A stretch of DNA of 64,000 nucleotides, taken from positions 193,192,001 through 193,256,000 of the forward strand of contig NC_042998.1 of NCBI RefSeq assembly GCF_006345805.1, read 5' to 3'. Origin of the DNA: Octopus sinensis. Its lineage: Eukaryota. The translations under genes were made by a program, and so were the position numbers. The notes under the pieces were generated by a model. It had not been told where the DNA came from. It ran no database searches and saw only the letters and a program-made list of their open reading frames with translations. This document shows positions 52,482-64,000 of the stretch, in pieces. Each line of letters starts with the position of its first letter. Positions within the stretch are counted from its first letter, which is position 1.

Positions 52482-52823
52482 TAAAGGAATTTTGTTAATT
52501 CGTCGTTCAACTCCATTCTTTCATATATTTATATATATATATATATATATACACTAATATGATCAAGGTGCTTATTTATTCATCGCGGAAAATTTTCAAT
52601 CTAATTTATTGTTTACAAGTGACAAACTAGTAAATGATCCTGTCATAAGCTGTCGTCTGTTTGACAGCAGTTTCAGCAGTCCCAAAATTTACAATTCCCT
52701 TCTCAGCGGTTATTGATAATTTTCTGCAATATCGATTGGCAAGAACCAAAGATTCTTTCACATTTATAAGAGGGATTCGCCACATTTCTTTCTCCGTAAC
52801 AAAATGGACTCAATTACCTTTAA

Positions 52824-53039
52824 CCCTTTAGCTTTCGGATTACCCTGTCAAATATAATCCTTATTCATATGGTTTTGAATTAATCATGCATTATCTCACA
52901 GCTTTGAAAATTTCATGATATGAGTGTTTAGTTTTAGAATGAAATTGTCGGATAGGTGCGAGAGACCGGATCTGGTTGGTTTGAACACAAAACAGATCGA
53001 ATATTTGGACCAGATATGGCCAGTTTAAATTCCTAAGTG
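52824..53039. mobile_element. piggyBac-type non-autonomous element (MITE)
   Basis: TTAA|CCCTTTAGC left end and degenerate cctaagtg|TTAA right end. Confidence 0.55.
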
Positions 53040-54297
53040 TTAAAGATCATGTTACTTTTTAGATCGATATCATATTTCCATTTACAAAAGAGCCCAAATT
53101 AATGACCTGGATTTCATATATTTCACCAGTCACACTGACGGCCGTGAGCACCAATTAGACTTCTACATTCATTGTCAGTATTCTAATAGATCCTCTCTGG
53201 TCCTTTTTATATAAGTGATAAGAATAGGATGCTGAGTCGCTATAGTATAATTTTCTATTTGCCTAAGTAGTCTGTGAGACTGAAAGGCCTTCAATGAAGA
53301 ATTGGACGGAAGAATTGTTCTCCAATAACCTAACAGAATTAACAAAATTCGTAATATAAGTCAGTGTGCCGTGAAAAGAGTAAGTTTTGAGGCTTCTGAC
53401 AAGGTTCATCAATACAGACCGTCACTGTTTTCCTTTTCACTACATATAACAAATTTCATTCTAGTTTCTCGGCTCGACCCTGTCGCAAAACGTTCTTCAA
53501 ACTACCTTTTAGACAGCAGAACACTGAACAAGTGATGGTCACATTACCTTATATGCTATTGTTGTTTAAATATTGTCTAAGCTATTCATCTTTTGAAAGA
53601 ATATTTGTATTGGCATTAACGTTGAATCGATTCGATCTCTAATCGTCATCAAACTTCTTATTTTGAAGTATTTACACACATTATCAAATGACTTAGATCT
53701 GCAAATGTACAAGCACCAGTGATTTACTCAGCTGACAAGAACATGGATATCTTTTGTTTAGAAATAAAGTTTCCCACTTTGAATGAATATCTTTGTACTG
53801 TTACTGATGTATGGCATTTCAGTTGACTTCTGACATGGTTATGGTCATTCTCAAAGTTGAAACGAAGTTTTGAATGAAAAACATTACAACTGTCGAAATT
53901 ACGTTAACATTCTATTCCTATTCAGAAAGTTCATGCACAGTTCAGGATATACTTTGTGTAATCTGGTAAAGTATTTCAGAATAATTATACAAAGGAAATT
54001 GAAATAAATATTTATAAACTTTGACACTTCTTTGAGAAAAACAATTAAGAAATATAGTTTTCTTAATTTAACATGAAAGATAAGCGATCCCTTGCCGTAT
54101 ACGTGAACTTATTACTACCGTTCATACATTTATATCAACGACACTGTTGGAAGCATTTCAGCTTTCTGATGACCATTGCAATTACTATATTTTAATTGTT
54201 GATTGCTAATTTTATCTTTATCTGGTTTTGTTTTGTTTTTTTAGAATATATCTACGTTCTTAGAGTTGCAAAGCGATGCCAATTCTTTCATAGATGA

Positions 54298-54350
54298 CTA
54301 GCAGAGATACCCGGCGTTGCTCGGAATAAAAATGGTATAGTTTGTTTATA
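54298..54350 (-). mobile_element. Helitron 3' end fragment
   Basis: ccgagcaacgccggg hairpin then CTAG|T; same end as 61284-61311. Confidence 0.7.
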
Positions 54351-54367
54351 TACATATATAATTGCGT

Positions 54368-54595
54368 GGAGGCGCAATGGCCTAGTGTGGAGGCGCAATG
54401 GCCTAGTGGTTAGGGCAGCGGACTTGCGGTCGGAGGATCGCGGTTTCGATTCCCAGACCGGGCGTTGTGTGTGTTTATTGAGCGAAAACACCTAAAAGCT
54501 CCACGAGGCTCCGGCAGGAGGTGGTGATCCCTGCTGTACTCTAAAAGGCGGTGCTCCAGCATGGCCGCAGTCAAATGACTGAAACAAGTACAAAA
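54368..54595 (+). mobile_element. Chimeric SINE: head B (first ~21 nt duplicated) fused to the tail of module E
   Basis: gtggaggcgcaatggcctagt occurs twice; junction ctgtactct|aaaaggcggtgctccagcatgg near 54543. Confidence 0.8.
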
Positions 54596-54647
54596 AAAAA
54601 TTTTTTTTAATATATAATATATATATATAATATATATATATATATAT

Positions 54648-54966
54648 TAGGACCCCCTTCGGTCATGAATGACCATGGGATTGCACCTAGAAAGTTACCC
54701 TCCTAGACACAAGTCCGGGCAAGGTTGTTTATGGAAGACCAGCAGTCGCCCATGCATACCAGCCTCCCCCTCCCACGCCACCAGTGTTATCCAAGGGAAA
54801 GACAAAGGTCGATAAAGCTTGGCACCAGTGACGTCGCAACTCATTTCTACAGCTGAGTGAACTGGAGCAACGTGAAATAAAGTGCCTTGCTCAAGAACAC
54901 AACACGCAGCCCGGTCCGGATTCGAGCTCACGATCGTAAGCTCTAACCACTGAGCCATGCGCCTTC
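54648..54966 (-). mobile_element. CORE-like SINE head C with a third tail (T3)
   Basis: gtgttcttgagcaaggcactttatttcacgttgctccag core; tail ending ggtcattcatgaccgaagggggtc. Confidence 0.8.
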
Positions 54967-55005
54967 CACACACACACACACACACACACATATACATATA
55001 TATAT

Positions 55006-55070
<65 letters not shown>

Positions 55071-55072
55071 TA

Positions 55073-55109
<37 letters not shown>

Positions 55110-55114
<5 letters not shown>

Positions 55115-55196
55115 GTTATGTTGAAGCAGGTGATACGGAATGTGCAGTATTGTCGACAAAACATATACATATATATATATATATATATTATATAAT

Positions 55197-55257
<61 letters not shown>

Positions 55258-55343
55258 TTGTCGACAATACCACTTTCCCGTATCACCTGCTTCAACATAA
55301 CTCTAATATATATATCATTATCTAATATATATATTATATATAT

Positions 55344-55387
<44 letters not shown>

Positions 55388-55438
55388 GTTATGTTGAAGC
55401 AGGTGATACGGGAAAGTGCAGTATTGTCGACAAAACAT
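55110..55438. repeat. ~55-bp unique segment present three times in alternating orientation, separated by (TA)n
   Basis: ttagagttatgttgaagcaggtgatacgg...gtcgacaaaacat at 55110(+), 55253-55307(-) and 55383(+). Confidence 0.9.
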
Positions 55439-55771
55439 CTGTTGAGTAAATGATGGTCTAATTCGACTAATCGACATGTAATATGTCCGTCTGGAGGATT
55501 CCATGCCCTACCCTATCATGGAAAATTGGGGGTGGGGGTATGCAATTTTTGAACCCACCAAAAATCTGTCAGTTGATATACTCGCCTTTGAGGCGGTCAG
55601 CGCTGCGTCTAACATGACCCATCGTATGGTTGACAGTTTTTTGGAATAGAGGTGTTATTGTACGTAAATGGATACATTCTAGAAATGGACTGCAATGGGA
55701 GACGGTAACGAGGGAGAGAATTATTGAAAGGATCTTAGGAGGAGCTGAGGAGGAGCTGGTAGTGCTGGCAA

Positions 55772-56005
55772 AAAGGCGGCGAGCTGGGAGAATCGTTAGA
55801 ACACTGGGCGAAATGCTTAGCGGTATTTCGTCTGCCGCTACGTTCTGAGTTCAAATTCCGCCAAGGTCGACTTTGCCTTTCATCCTTTTGGGTCGATTAA
55901 ATCAGTACCAGTTACGCACTGGGGTCGATATAATCGACTTAATCCGTTTGTCTGTCCTTGTTTGTCCTCTCTGTGTTTAGCCCCTTGTGGGTAGTAAAGA
56001 AATAT
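55772..56005 (+). mobile_element. SINE family A with 13-bp TSD
   Basis: TSD gtagtgctggcaa at 55759-55771 and 56006-56018. Confidence 0.9.
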
Positions 56006-56964
56006 GTAGTGCTGGCAATCTTACCTTACCGCCTGAGCAGCACATGCCCTTAGTTTCATTTGGAAATTTGAAAGCTTTGCAGAAACGACAATTTTGAGTA
56101 TAGCACACCATTTTGTGCAGAATTATCATTTTTATAAGATTGTGATGGATATTATCTGAAAGCAGCTGCTAGTGTCGTGAAGAACGAATTTGCATGTGAT
56201 TTATTTCTGAGAGCTATTGTATTGGACCTCTGTTTAATCCGGCCAAAGACAGCGATTTAAAGAGATGGAGGCAGATGAGAGTAAAAGGAAAGAGAGCAGG
56301 ATACAGCGTAAGGTGAATGAGATTAAGGTGAATATCCTTAAAAACACAATCTGCTGAGAGCAAATGATTGGAATGCGTCCGTAAAAGGACACTTGATGTT
56401 CCACTGTGGTTATTTCCGCAAACTAAAGCAGGAAAGTTTGGTGGAGTGGTGGGGGGGGGGGAGCTAAAGGAAAAAATAACTAGAAATATTTTCTGCCATA
56501 ATTAATTATCTCCATCGAAATGACGTTAGACCACTTTCAAACGCTTTGCCTGAGAGATTTCAATGATTCGACAGAATGTTTTGTTTAACTGTAACAGACA
56601 CAAACACGTATCAATCATTTTCGGATAATTTATACAGTGACCTGATTTCTGAAACTAAAAACTGACAAAGCTCATGCGTTATAAAAGCAATTCTGATCGG
56701 AAAGAAAATAAATCTCTTTAACGAGATAATGTTACTCATGTTAGTTTCTATGCAGTCACACAATATGCTAGAAATAGCAGCCCGACCTACTAAAAATTAC
56801 ATCAATCTGTTTTTAAAATGCATTATCCAGTGTATCAACCTCAAAACGAAAAAGATGGAGTATCATGGTCGTAGCACTTCTGATCAATGACTAAATATCA
56901 AGCAGACCAACACCAGGCAATATGCAAGTCATGGCAGTTAAATTTTACTAAAATATTACTATAA

Positions 56965-58000
56965 GCGTAGTAGTGGCTGTGTGGTAAGTAGCTTGCTTAC
57001 CAGCCACATGGTTCCAGGTTCAGTCCACTGCGTGGCACCTTGGGCAAGTGTCTTCTACTATAGCCTCGGGCCGACCAAAGCCTTGTGAGTGGATTTGATA
57101 GAGGGAAACTGAAAGAAGCCCGTCGTATATATATTTATAAATAAGGATAATATCGATATTTAAATATTGATCTTATCTAGTGGCCAGCATGGGAATAAAT
57201 ACTATACAAAGGTAATAATTATTTAAACTATAAATTAGGGTATCTGAGAGATACCACCATGCTGAAATAGCAGTCAAAACCTTAACCCTAAAACCACCTT
57301 AAATGTTCATATTGCGCCAGGAGAAAAGACAGAAAGGCAAAATAAACTAGCAAAAAGGATTTTACTGGATAATTCAAGATCCTGGATTTCTGGTTTGCTT
57401 CAGAGAAGCTCTGCCTTTTTCAGTTGAATATACCAGAAAGCACATAAATACAGATATATATATATATACAGAACATACGTTATACTTACATATACGAACG
57501 CCTATACATACATATATATGCACGTATGTACAAGAGCAGCCTAAATTGCCCGCCAAGCATCTCCAAGCGCGATATGGTCAAATTAAACACCGCAGTGAAT
57601 ACAATGACGAATTATATAAAATTATATATCTCTTGGCACGATATGAACATTTAAGGAGGTTTTAGGGTCAGGGTTTTCACTGCTAGTTCAGCACGGTGGT
57701 ATCCCTCAGATACCCTAATTTATAGTATATATATATATGTGTGTGTATGTATGTGTGTGTGTGTGTGTGTGTACGTTTGGGTGTCTGTGTTCGTCCCACC
57801 ACCACCAACATCGCTTGACAACCGATGCTGTGTGTTTACGTCCCCTTAACTTAGCGGTTCAGCAAAAGAGACCGATAGAATAAGTATTAGGCTTTCAAAG
57901 AATAAGTCCTAGGGTCGATTTACTCGACTAAAGGCGGTGCTCCAGCAAGGTCACAGTCAAGTGACTGAAACAAGTAAAAGAGTAAAGAGTAAAGAGTATC
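56965..58000 (+). mobile_element. Composite SINE D+E whose TA/TG linker is interrupted by a ~600-bp insertion
   Basis: Head D at 56965-57126, module E at about 57780-58000, insertion at about 57135-57726. Confidence 0.75.
57227..57726. repeat. 98-bp inverted repeats (~90% identical) enclosing ~300 bp
   Basis: 57227-57324 versus the reverse complement of 57629-57726; 10 mismatches, no indels. Confidence 0.85.
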
Positions 58001-58512
58001 ATCTTTAGATAATTTATAACCAATTAAAGTAAGAATATGAGCAAATCTGAGACAAAAAGGCAGAGCTGTAACGGCTGAAAATTGTTTAACCTAGAGTTTA
58101 ACTCTTAAACGACGGACGTCATCATTTGATGTTTCAAAAATTTTACATGGAAATGGCCATCATTAAACAAGATAAGTGAATATTTTCCGGGTCTTTCGAT
58201 AACGTGATCGTAAATTTAGTTTGAGAGACTAAAACTTATACTTACTTAAATTGAAGTTTAGAAATTACCTCAAATGAGTTCTCATGATCTGGTGCATCTG
58301 GTGGGCGATGTGTGGTACATATTACCATCCTCATCTGTTTAATGTGTACTAAAAGATTATCACATATATTTGTGACACGCATTCATGCAGCCCTTCCCCA
58401 CCGTAAATACAAAACCCCTATGGGGGTAAATAAACTTTTTCCAATAATGGTTTTGCCAAGATAAATTCTAGTTCTACAGAAAAAAGAGCATTTCTGCCCT
58501 GGTCACCTCGTT

Positions 58513-58740
58513 TAATGGCAGAAACGTTAGCACGCCGGGCGAAATACTTAGCGGTGTTTCGTGTGCCGTTACATTCTGAGTTCAAATTCCACCGAGGTCA
58601 ACTTTGCCTTTCATCGTTTCGGGGTCGATTAAATAAGTACCAGTTACGCACTGGAGTCGATATAATCGACTTACTCCGTTTGTCTGTCCTTGTTTGTCCC
58701 CTCTGTGTGTAGCCCCTTGTGGGTAGTAAAGAAATAGGTA
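58513..58740 (+). mobile_element. SINE family A, 5' slightly truncated
   Basis: Same body as the other A copies. Confidence 0.85.
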
Positions 58741-59311
58741 TGTTGAATTACACTATCGCATGTGTTCTTTCCATTCATAAAGATAGGAAGAAATGAATAG
58801 TGGCTGCCGTTTCTAGCAGGTGAGACGAGTTACATAGAAGATCTTTCGCTGACTCGTAAGCTTGCGTACGTGTGTGCGTCTGTGTGCGTGTGTGTGTCTG
58901 TGTGTGTGTGAAATTTCATCTCTCTTTCAACGATGAAACCGTTAGAAATATACGAGAATATCAGTGCATGAAAATCGCGAAATAATTTAATTTGAGAGTG
59001 CCATCAGGAGGTGAATCTTGAAGATTCAGCTCTCTGACCATATATAAAATGGAAAATGAATTAATTTCTACCTGCCGATATATGGCTAATTATTTCCTCG
59101 AAACTTACAATGCAAAGAAGTCCTCATATGTGACTGATAGCAGCAAGCTGCTGCGATTTATAGCATGTACATCACTAACAGTTATTCCATTTCCCTTTCC
59201 AACACGCTCAGCTCTACAGTCAACCGACTGAACAATCGAAGTAAACCACCCTGAGCTAATTGACTGTTTATGTGTCACACACACACACACACACACTCAT
59301 ATGAATATATA

Positions 59312-59865
59312 CAAGGTGCTATTAATAAACTGTTGTCTAAATTATACAGAAATGAAAATATCACTGACATCTCATTTCAACAGATATTTATACCAAAAAA
59401 AAATTACATTAAAATTTCTTGAAATACTAAAGAATAAACTTATTCCTTAAAATCACCTTTGGTTTTAACCACGGCCTCCAGACGACCTCGGAATCTCCTG
59501 CAACTCTTCTAGACGGTCTCCTTGTTTAAGTTGATGAATGCTGCCATAATCCTTGCCATCTTTCCACTTTTGGTGTTACAAGGAGTATTGTTGGCCTCTT
59601 GCTCAACTGTGCCACGCACATATTAATCAAACGGGTTGCAGTCTGAGGAGTTAGGTGGTCAGATATTCGGTGTGATGTGGCTGTAAAAATTTGTCTGATA
59701 GCTATGACTGGGTTCTCTTGCCTGCTTGTGCGGCATGGTGCAGAGTCATGTTGCCAAACATATTGTCTTCCAGCATCCATGCTCTTGACTCTGGGCAGCA
59801 CGAACTCTTCCAGGCACTTGATATAGACCTCCACGTTGAGTGTGAGGCCGTGTAGGAAGATCAAA
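59312..59865 (-). mobile_element. mariner/maT-like (DD..D) transposon 3' fragment
   Basis: YVWQHDSAPC ... ITPNI*PPNSSDCNPFD*YV...RGRLEAVVKTKGDFKE*; the third catalytic residue is D; terminus TA|CAAGGTGC. Confidence 0.8.
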
Positions 59866-60021
59866 AACAAATAATGCGCATGCGTGAAATTAAAAATATA
59901 AAACGGCGACAAATCACCCATCGCACAATTTGAATATTGTGTATGTATGTATATATATACATATATATATACATATATATATATTATATATATATATAAT
60001 ATAAAATAAATATATATATAT

Positions 60022-60089
<68 letters not shown>

Positions 60090-60139
60090 TATATATATCT
60101 ATATATATATATATATAATATATATATATATATTATATA

Positions 60140-60207
<68 letters not shown>

Positions 60208-60208
<1 letters not shown>

Positions 60209-60417
60209 ACGGGAAGCTTTATGAAAATAAACAAAAGACGAAGGCAGGTGGAAAACAAACGAACAATTGTATTAGTATGGCGCTCAGGAAATATAAATAA
60301 AACAAGTCTTTAACGTTTCGAGCCTACGCTCTTCAACAGAAAGATACACAGAGAGAGAAAAACACAGAAAGAAGGAGAGAAAAAAAATGCGTGCAGTAGC
60401 TAACGAATCAACATGGC

Positions 60418-60418
<1 letters not shown>
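60208..60418 (-). mobile_element. Hammerhead-bearing short repeat, distant relative of 4207 and 29978
   Basis: Shares gagc..gctcgaaacgtt, ttcctgagcg and taatac; lies between (TA)n and (TG)n. Confidence 0.55.
60307..60344 (-). ncRNA. Variant minimal type I hammerhead motif
   Basis: tcttt-CTGTTGA-A-GAGC(gtag)GCTC-GAAAC-GTT-aaaga; core A6>U; stem I differs from the 30006 copy but still pairs. Confidence 0.55.
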
Positions 60419-60449
<31 letters not shown>

Positions 60450-60930
60450 ACATTAACACAGATCTAGTAAAGGTAGATCAACAAAAAGTACTCCATTCAA
60501 TGGGAGATGTCATTCAATATACAGAATTACGAAACAGCTGATAATAGTTTCATGCTTTGAAGATACATTAAAATGGCAGATCCCTAAAATATGTCATGTA
60601 TCTCTAAGCAACATTTCAGGCCCAGTGCATACGTTAGATGTATTTAAAAAACTAGGACACTGGACTATGAGAAAATATGAGAAAAGAGCGAGAATAAAAA
60701 ATCGAGAAGAGAAGAAAAACGAGAAGGTTGATGCAAACTTTTATTTTATTCTGTGCCAATTACAATAATTATGGTTTCTCTAGTCAAAGAGGACGAAGAT
60801 CTTTGTTTTCTTAAATTTCTTTTGTTTCTTCTTATTCTATTTTATGCATCAAACTTCTATGCGTTTTTTTCTTCTCGTTTCATTTCTTTTTTCTCCTGTT
60901 TACTAGACAATGCCCTGGTTTTTAAATACA

Positions 60931-61311
60931 TCTTTATATATAAAAGTGAAGTTGTGTGTCTGTCTCCTACGATTTAGATTCCTAACTACTCCCACATTTT
61001 GCGGTGCAGTTTAACCAAAACCGGGTATCTTATAGTCGTGATTCTGGGTATTAGCGCGCGTCTACGATGAGTCAACGATTTTTAAAAAATTACCATCATT
61101 TTTTTCCATTTTAATGCATTTTTTTCGCTATTGTATAAGGGAAGTAACTCTCTAAAAATGTCTACGATGAGTCAACGATTTAAAAAAAAATTTACCATCA
61201 TTTTATTCCATTTTAATGTATTTTTTTGCTACTTTTTGGCTATAACTCTCTAAAAATGCTTATACAGTTATTTCCCTTACAAACCCGAGCAACGCCGGGC
61301 GATACTGCTAG
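60931..61311 (+). mobile_element. Complete non-autonomous Helitron with an internal 100-bp tandem duplication
   Basis: A|TCTTTATATATAAAA ... cccgagcaacgccggg hairpin ... CTAG|T; 61061-61160 is repeated at 61161-61260. Confidence 0.85.
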
Positions 61312-63189
61312 TCTAATATATGAACTGAGCCTGAAAAAGGACTTGCAAAAATATGGCGTTTTATGTAAATCTGCCAATTTACTGTATATTAAAAGCATGA
61401 AACTATTTGTTGTCCATTTGTAATTGTGTATATATCAAACAAAACATGAAGGTGGAAAAAAATTATTGGTATTATTATTCTCCATAACATATATTTCATT
61501 TACTAATAAGAACTAGAGAGTTTTACATGTAAAACGTTTGTTATTAGAAATTCTTCAGAAATAGGAATTTAGTAATGCAAATTTTAAATTTAGATGAAGC
61601 ATTTATATTTAGTTAGTAATCAGAAACAGTATACATAGTTGGGGTGAAAGAAGGAAGTGCAAAACACATATTACAGGAAAAAAGAGAGTTATACACACAC
61701 ACCCACACATAAACCGTTAAGATTTTACCTTACGTACTTACACTATGTGTGTGTGTGTTTGTGTATGTTTGCGAATGTGTGTGCGTATTTACTCTATATG
61801 TAAGTGTGACGCAAGACTGAAGGTAGCGGTATAACCCTTGCATGTTGAGTGAAGTGTATTAATTTCAAACAAACAGCCACTTAAGTAAGGACTCTCGAGT
61901 AAACCATCAAACAACTTTCCGCCTTTTCGAAACGGTAAACATGATTGGAAATTATAGACTGCTTTTTGCGTATGATCGTTAATTATATTCTATTTCATAC
62001 AAATTTATTTCCTTTGACTCTCAGCGTCTATTTTCCGATAATTTATTATTATTTTTAAAAAATCATATTGCCAGAAATACGATGTAAAATAATTTTTTTT
62101 TTCTTTAAATAACCAAAATTTGAAAAAATAATAATAAACAAAATTAAATTGGGGCAACAGTTTTGAAATATAGGAAACATTGGGTATGTATATATGTTTT
62201 TGTATGCATGTCTGACGTGTGTGTATTTTCTTTGAGAATTATTCAAATTATTCTCTTTATTTATGAAATATGTATGCATATGTATGCATGAAAGAACGTA
62301 TGCATTTTTTGTATGCATGTATTTATGCCGGGTATATATTCTTGTGTTGTTTCACTTTGAAATTTATTCAAATTTTTCCTTCAAAATTATTCTATTTATG
62401 TTTGTATTATGTATACATTTGTAAGTGTATATGTAATTTTATAGACCAGAGGTGTGTGTATGCATGCATCACTATCTTGAACGGTGTGCGTTCAATGTTT
62501 CTTCCCCTTCAGTTTATGAGAGTTGTTCTTAGTGCAGTTTTGCCATCATCAACATTAACAATATTTTTATGATTTTAACGTAATTCCCACCACAGCAGTG
62601 TTCGCATTTGCCCTCCCCTAGTCTCTCATTATACATGTACACTCCCAACGAGTTTGTTTATAAGCATTTTTGTATAAATATTTTATGTTCCGGAGAGTTG
62701 TTGCTGAAAACTTCTTGGCTTTGGGTAGAAGAAAATGTAGGAGGTTTAGTTAATCATGATCTTATTCAACATATTCTCTTTCCGAATTCACACATTTATT
62801 GCAGCAGACCTTTAGTTGTTCTAAGCCCTCCAAAAAAAAAAAAAAAAAAACTCGGAAGGATGATCCTTCAGCCAAGCCCTTCGCGATACCCTTAGCCGTT
62901 CAAGAATTTGGATCTGGAGATCTCCATTTCCAGCGACTTCGAGGGCCACCTCCCAGTAGTGTCGGGCGTCAACGAAGAGCCCTCGACTACAACAAGACGA
63001 CCAAAGATTTTTTTTTCCAAGGTCTGGGGTCTCCCGCCCCTAGGCCCTAGACCATCACCTAATCACCCTTACACGTTTTGTTGCTTAACAACAACAACGA
63101 TACCCTTAAAGCCAGGAACTTTTTAGTATCCCCTCGTTTATATGAAGCCTTTGTGGCTAATAAATTATCGTCGTTATTGATATCTTTTT

Positions 63190-63405
63190 TAAAGCGGCGA
63201 GCTGGCAGAATCGTTAGCACGCCATGAAAAATGCATAGCGACATTTCATCCATCTTTACGTCCTGAGTTCAAACTCTACCGAGGTCTATTTTTGCTTTCA
63301 GCCTTTCGTCGTCGAAAACTTAAGCACCAGTCAAGTACTGGGGTCAATGTTATCGACTTACCCATTCATCGCAAATTTTAGGCCTTGTGCCTATAGTAGA
63401 AAAGA
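63190..63405 (+). mobile_element. Diverged SINE A-type copy with a different 3' end and (ATT)n tail
   Basis: aaagcggcgagctggcagaatcgttag head, gagttcaaactc B box. Confidence 0.75.
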
Positions 63406-63427
63406 TTATTATTATTATTATTATTAT

Positions 63428-63949
63428 TGAGTGAGAGAGCAGTTCATGCCATCAAAGTGACACTGGGGTAAAATATACGAAGCCCAATATACCCATCATG
63501 ACTACCCGTCTGATAAAGGTACACCAGGCACATGCATCACAACCATATGTGCGCGACATGGTGATCTCATATCAAGATAAACAGCACATGACCTTGCAGG
63601 TGGGGCCCAGTTAGAATTTTCTTCAGGTTGAGTAGCCCATCCCGCTCAAACGGTCCCTGAATAAGGGTTGTTTAAGGATGTTGAAAGAACCACCCATGTT
63701 TCCAGAGGTGAACTATTCAAACCCCAAAGAATCCCTCTCAACACATGGCTATGATGCTCCCCCACTACTTCTGCTCATGATCAGAGATGCACATATCGTC
63801 AGCCACTAAGGGACATGCTCAACTGGTTAAGGTCAAACAACTGACAAGCAAATCTGTGGTATTGAGCAGAATATTTGCTGTAGCCCATCTTTTATACCAA
63901 GACAAAACAATGTACATGATAACACTTCCAATCAGTTAAGATCAGAAGC
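63428..63949 (-). mobile_element. ~520-bp non-coding retroposon-like repeat bounded by (ATT)n on both sides
   Basis: GC-richer than flanks; minus strand ends ggcatgaactgctctctcactc(aat)n like a LINE-type tail. Single copy in the window, family assignment from memory only. Confidence 0.45.
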
Positions 63950-63980
<31 letters not shown>

Positions 63981-64000
63981 CATTATTATTATTATTATTG

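Larger units (their letters stand above)
51978..52534. mobile_element. Hammerhead-bearing repeat forming a 419-bp palindrome (52116-52534), between (TA)n tracts
   Basis: Arms pair in exact register around a52325 with two mismatches seen; related to 4454-4632. Confidence 0.9.

Overview
AT-rich, repeat-saturated eukaryotic DNA with no intact host gene I can recognise. The SINE families and the density of (TA)n/(TATG)n/(GATA)n microsatellites suggest a coleoid cephalopod, probably Octopus; this is inference from remembered repeat families, not a database result. Contents: decayed LINEs (CR1/L2-type RT 3' end, RTE endonuclease, an RTE-like 3' end with three C2H2 fingers, a zinc-knuckle ORF1 relic); a Penelope-like element (RT + GIY-YIG) with an inverted pseudo-LTR; four Tc1/mariner relics, one near full length with IR/DR termini; Helitron and piggyBac non-autonomous elements; more than 20 tRNA-derived SINE copies built from shuffled modules; and a ~6.2 kb satellite of 102-bp units. 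The most interesting layer is a set of eight type I hammerhead-ribozyme motifs from several unrelated repeat families, mostly embedded in (TA)n tracts. It includes a retrozyme-like tandem with two hammerheads 349 nt apart (31.0-31.6 kb) and a 419-bp near-perfect palindrome carrying one hammerhead on each strand (52.1-52.5 kb). Most long ORFs in the supplied track are microsatellite translations. All alignments and foldings were done by eye.
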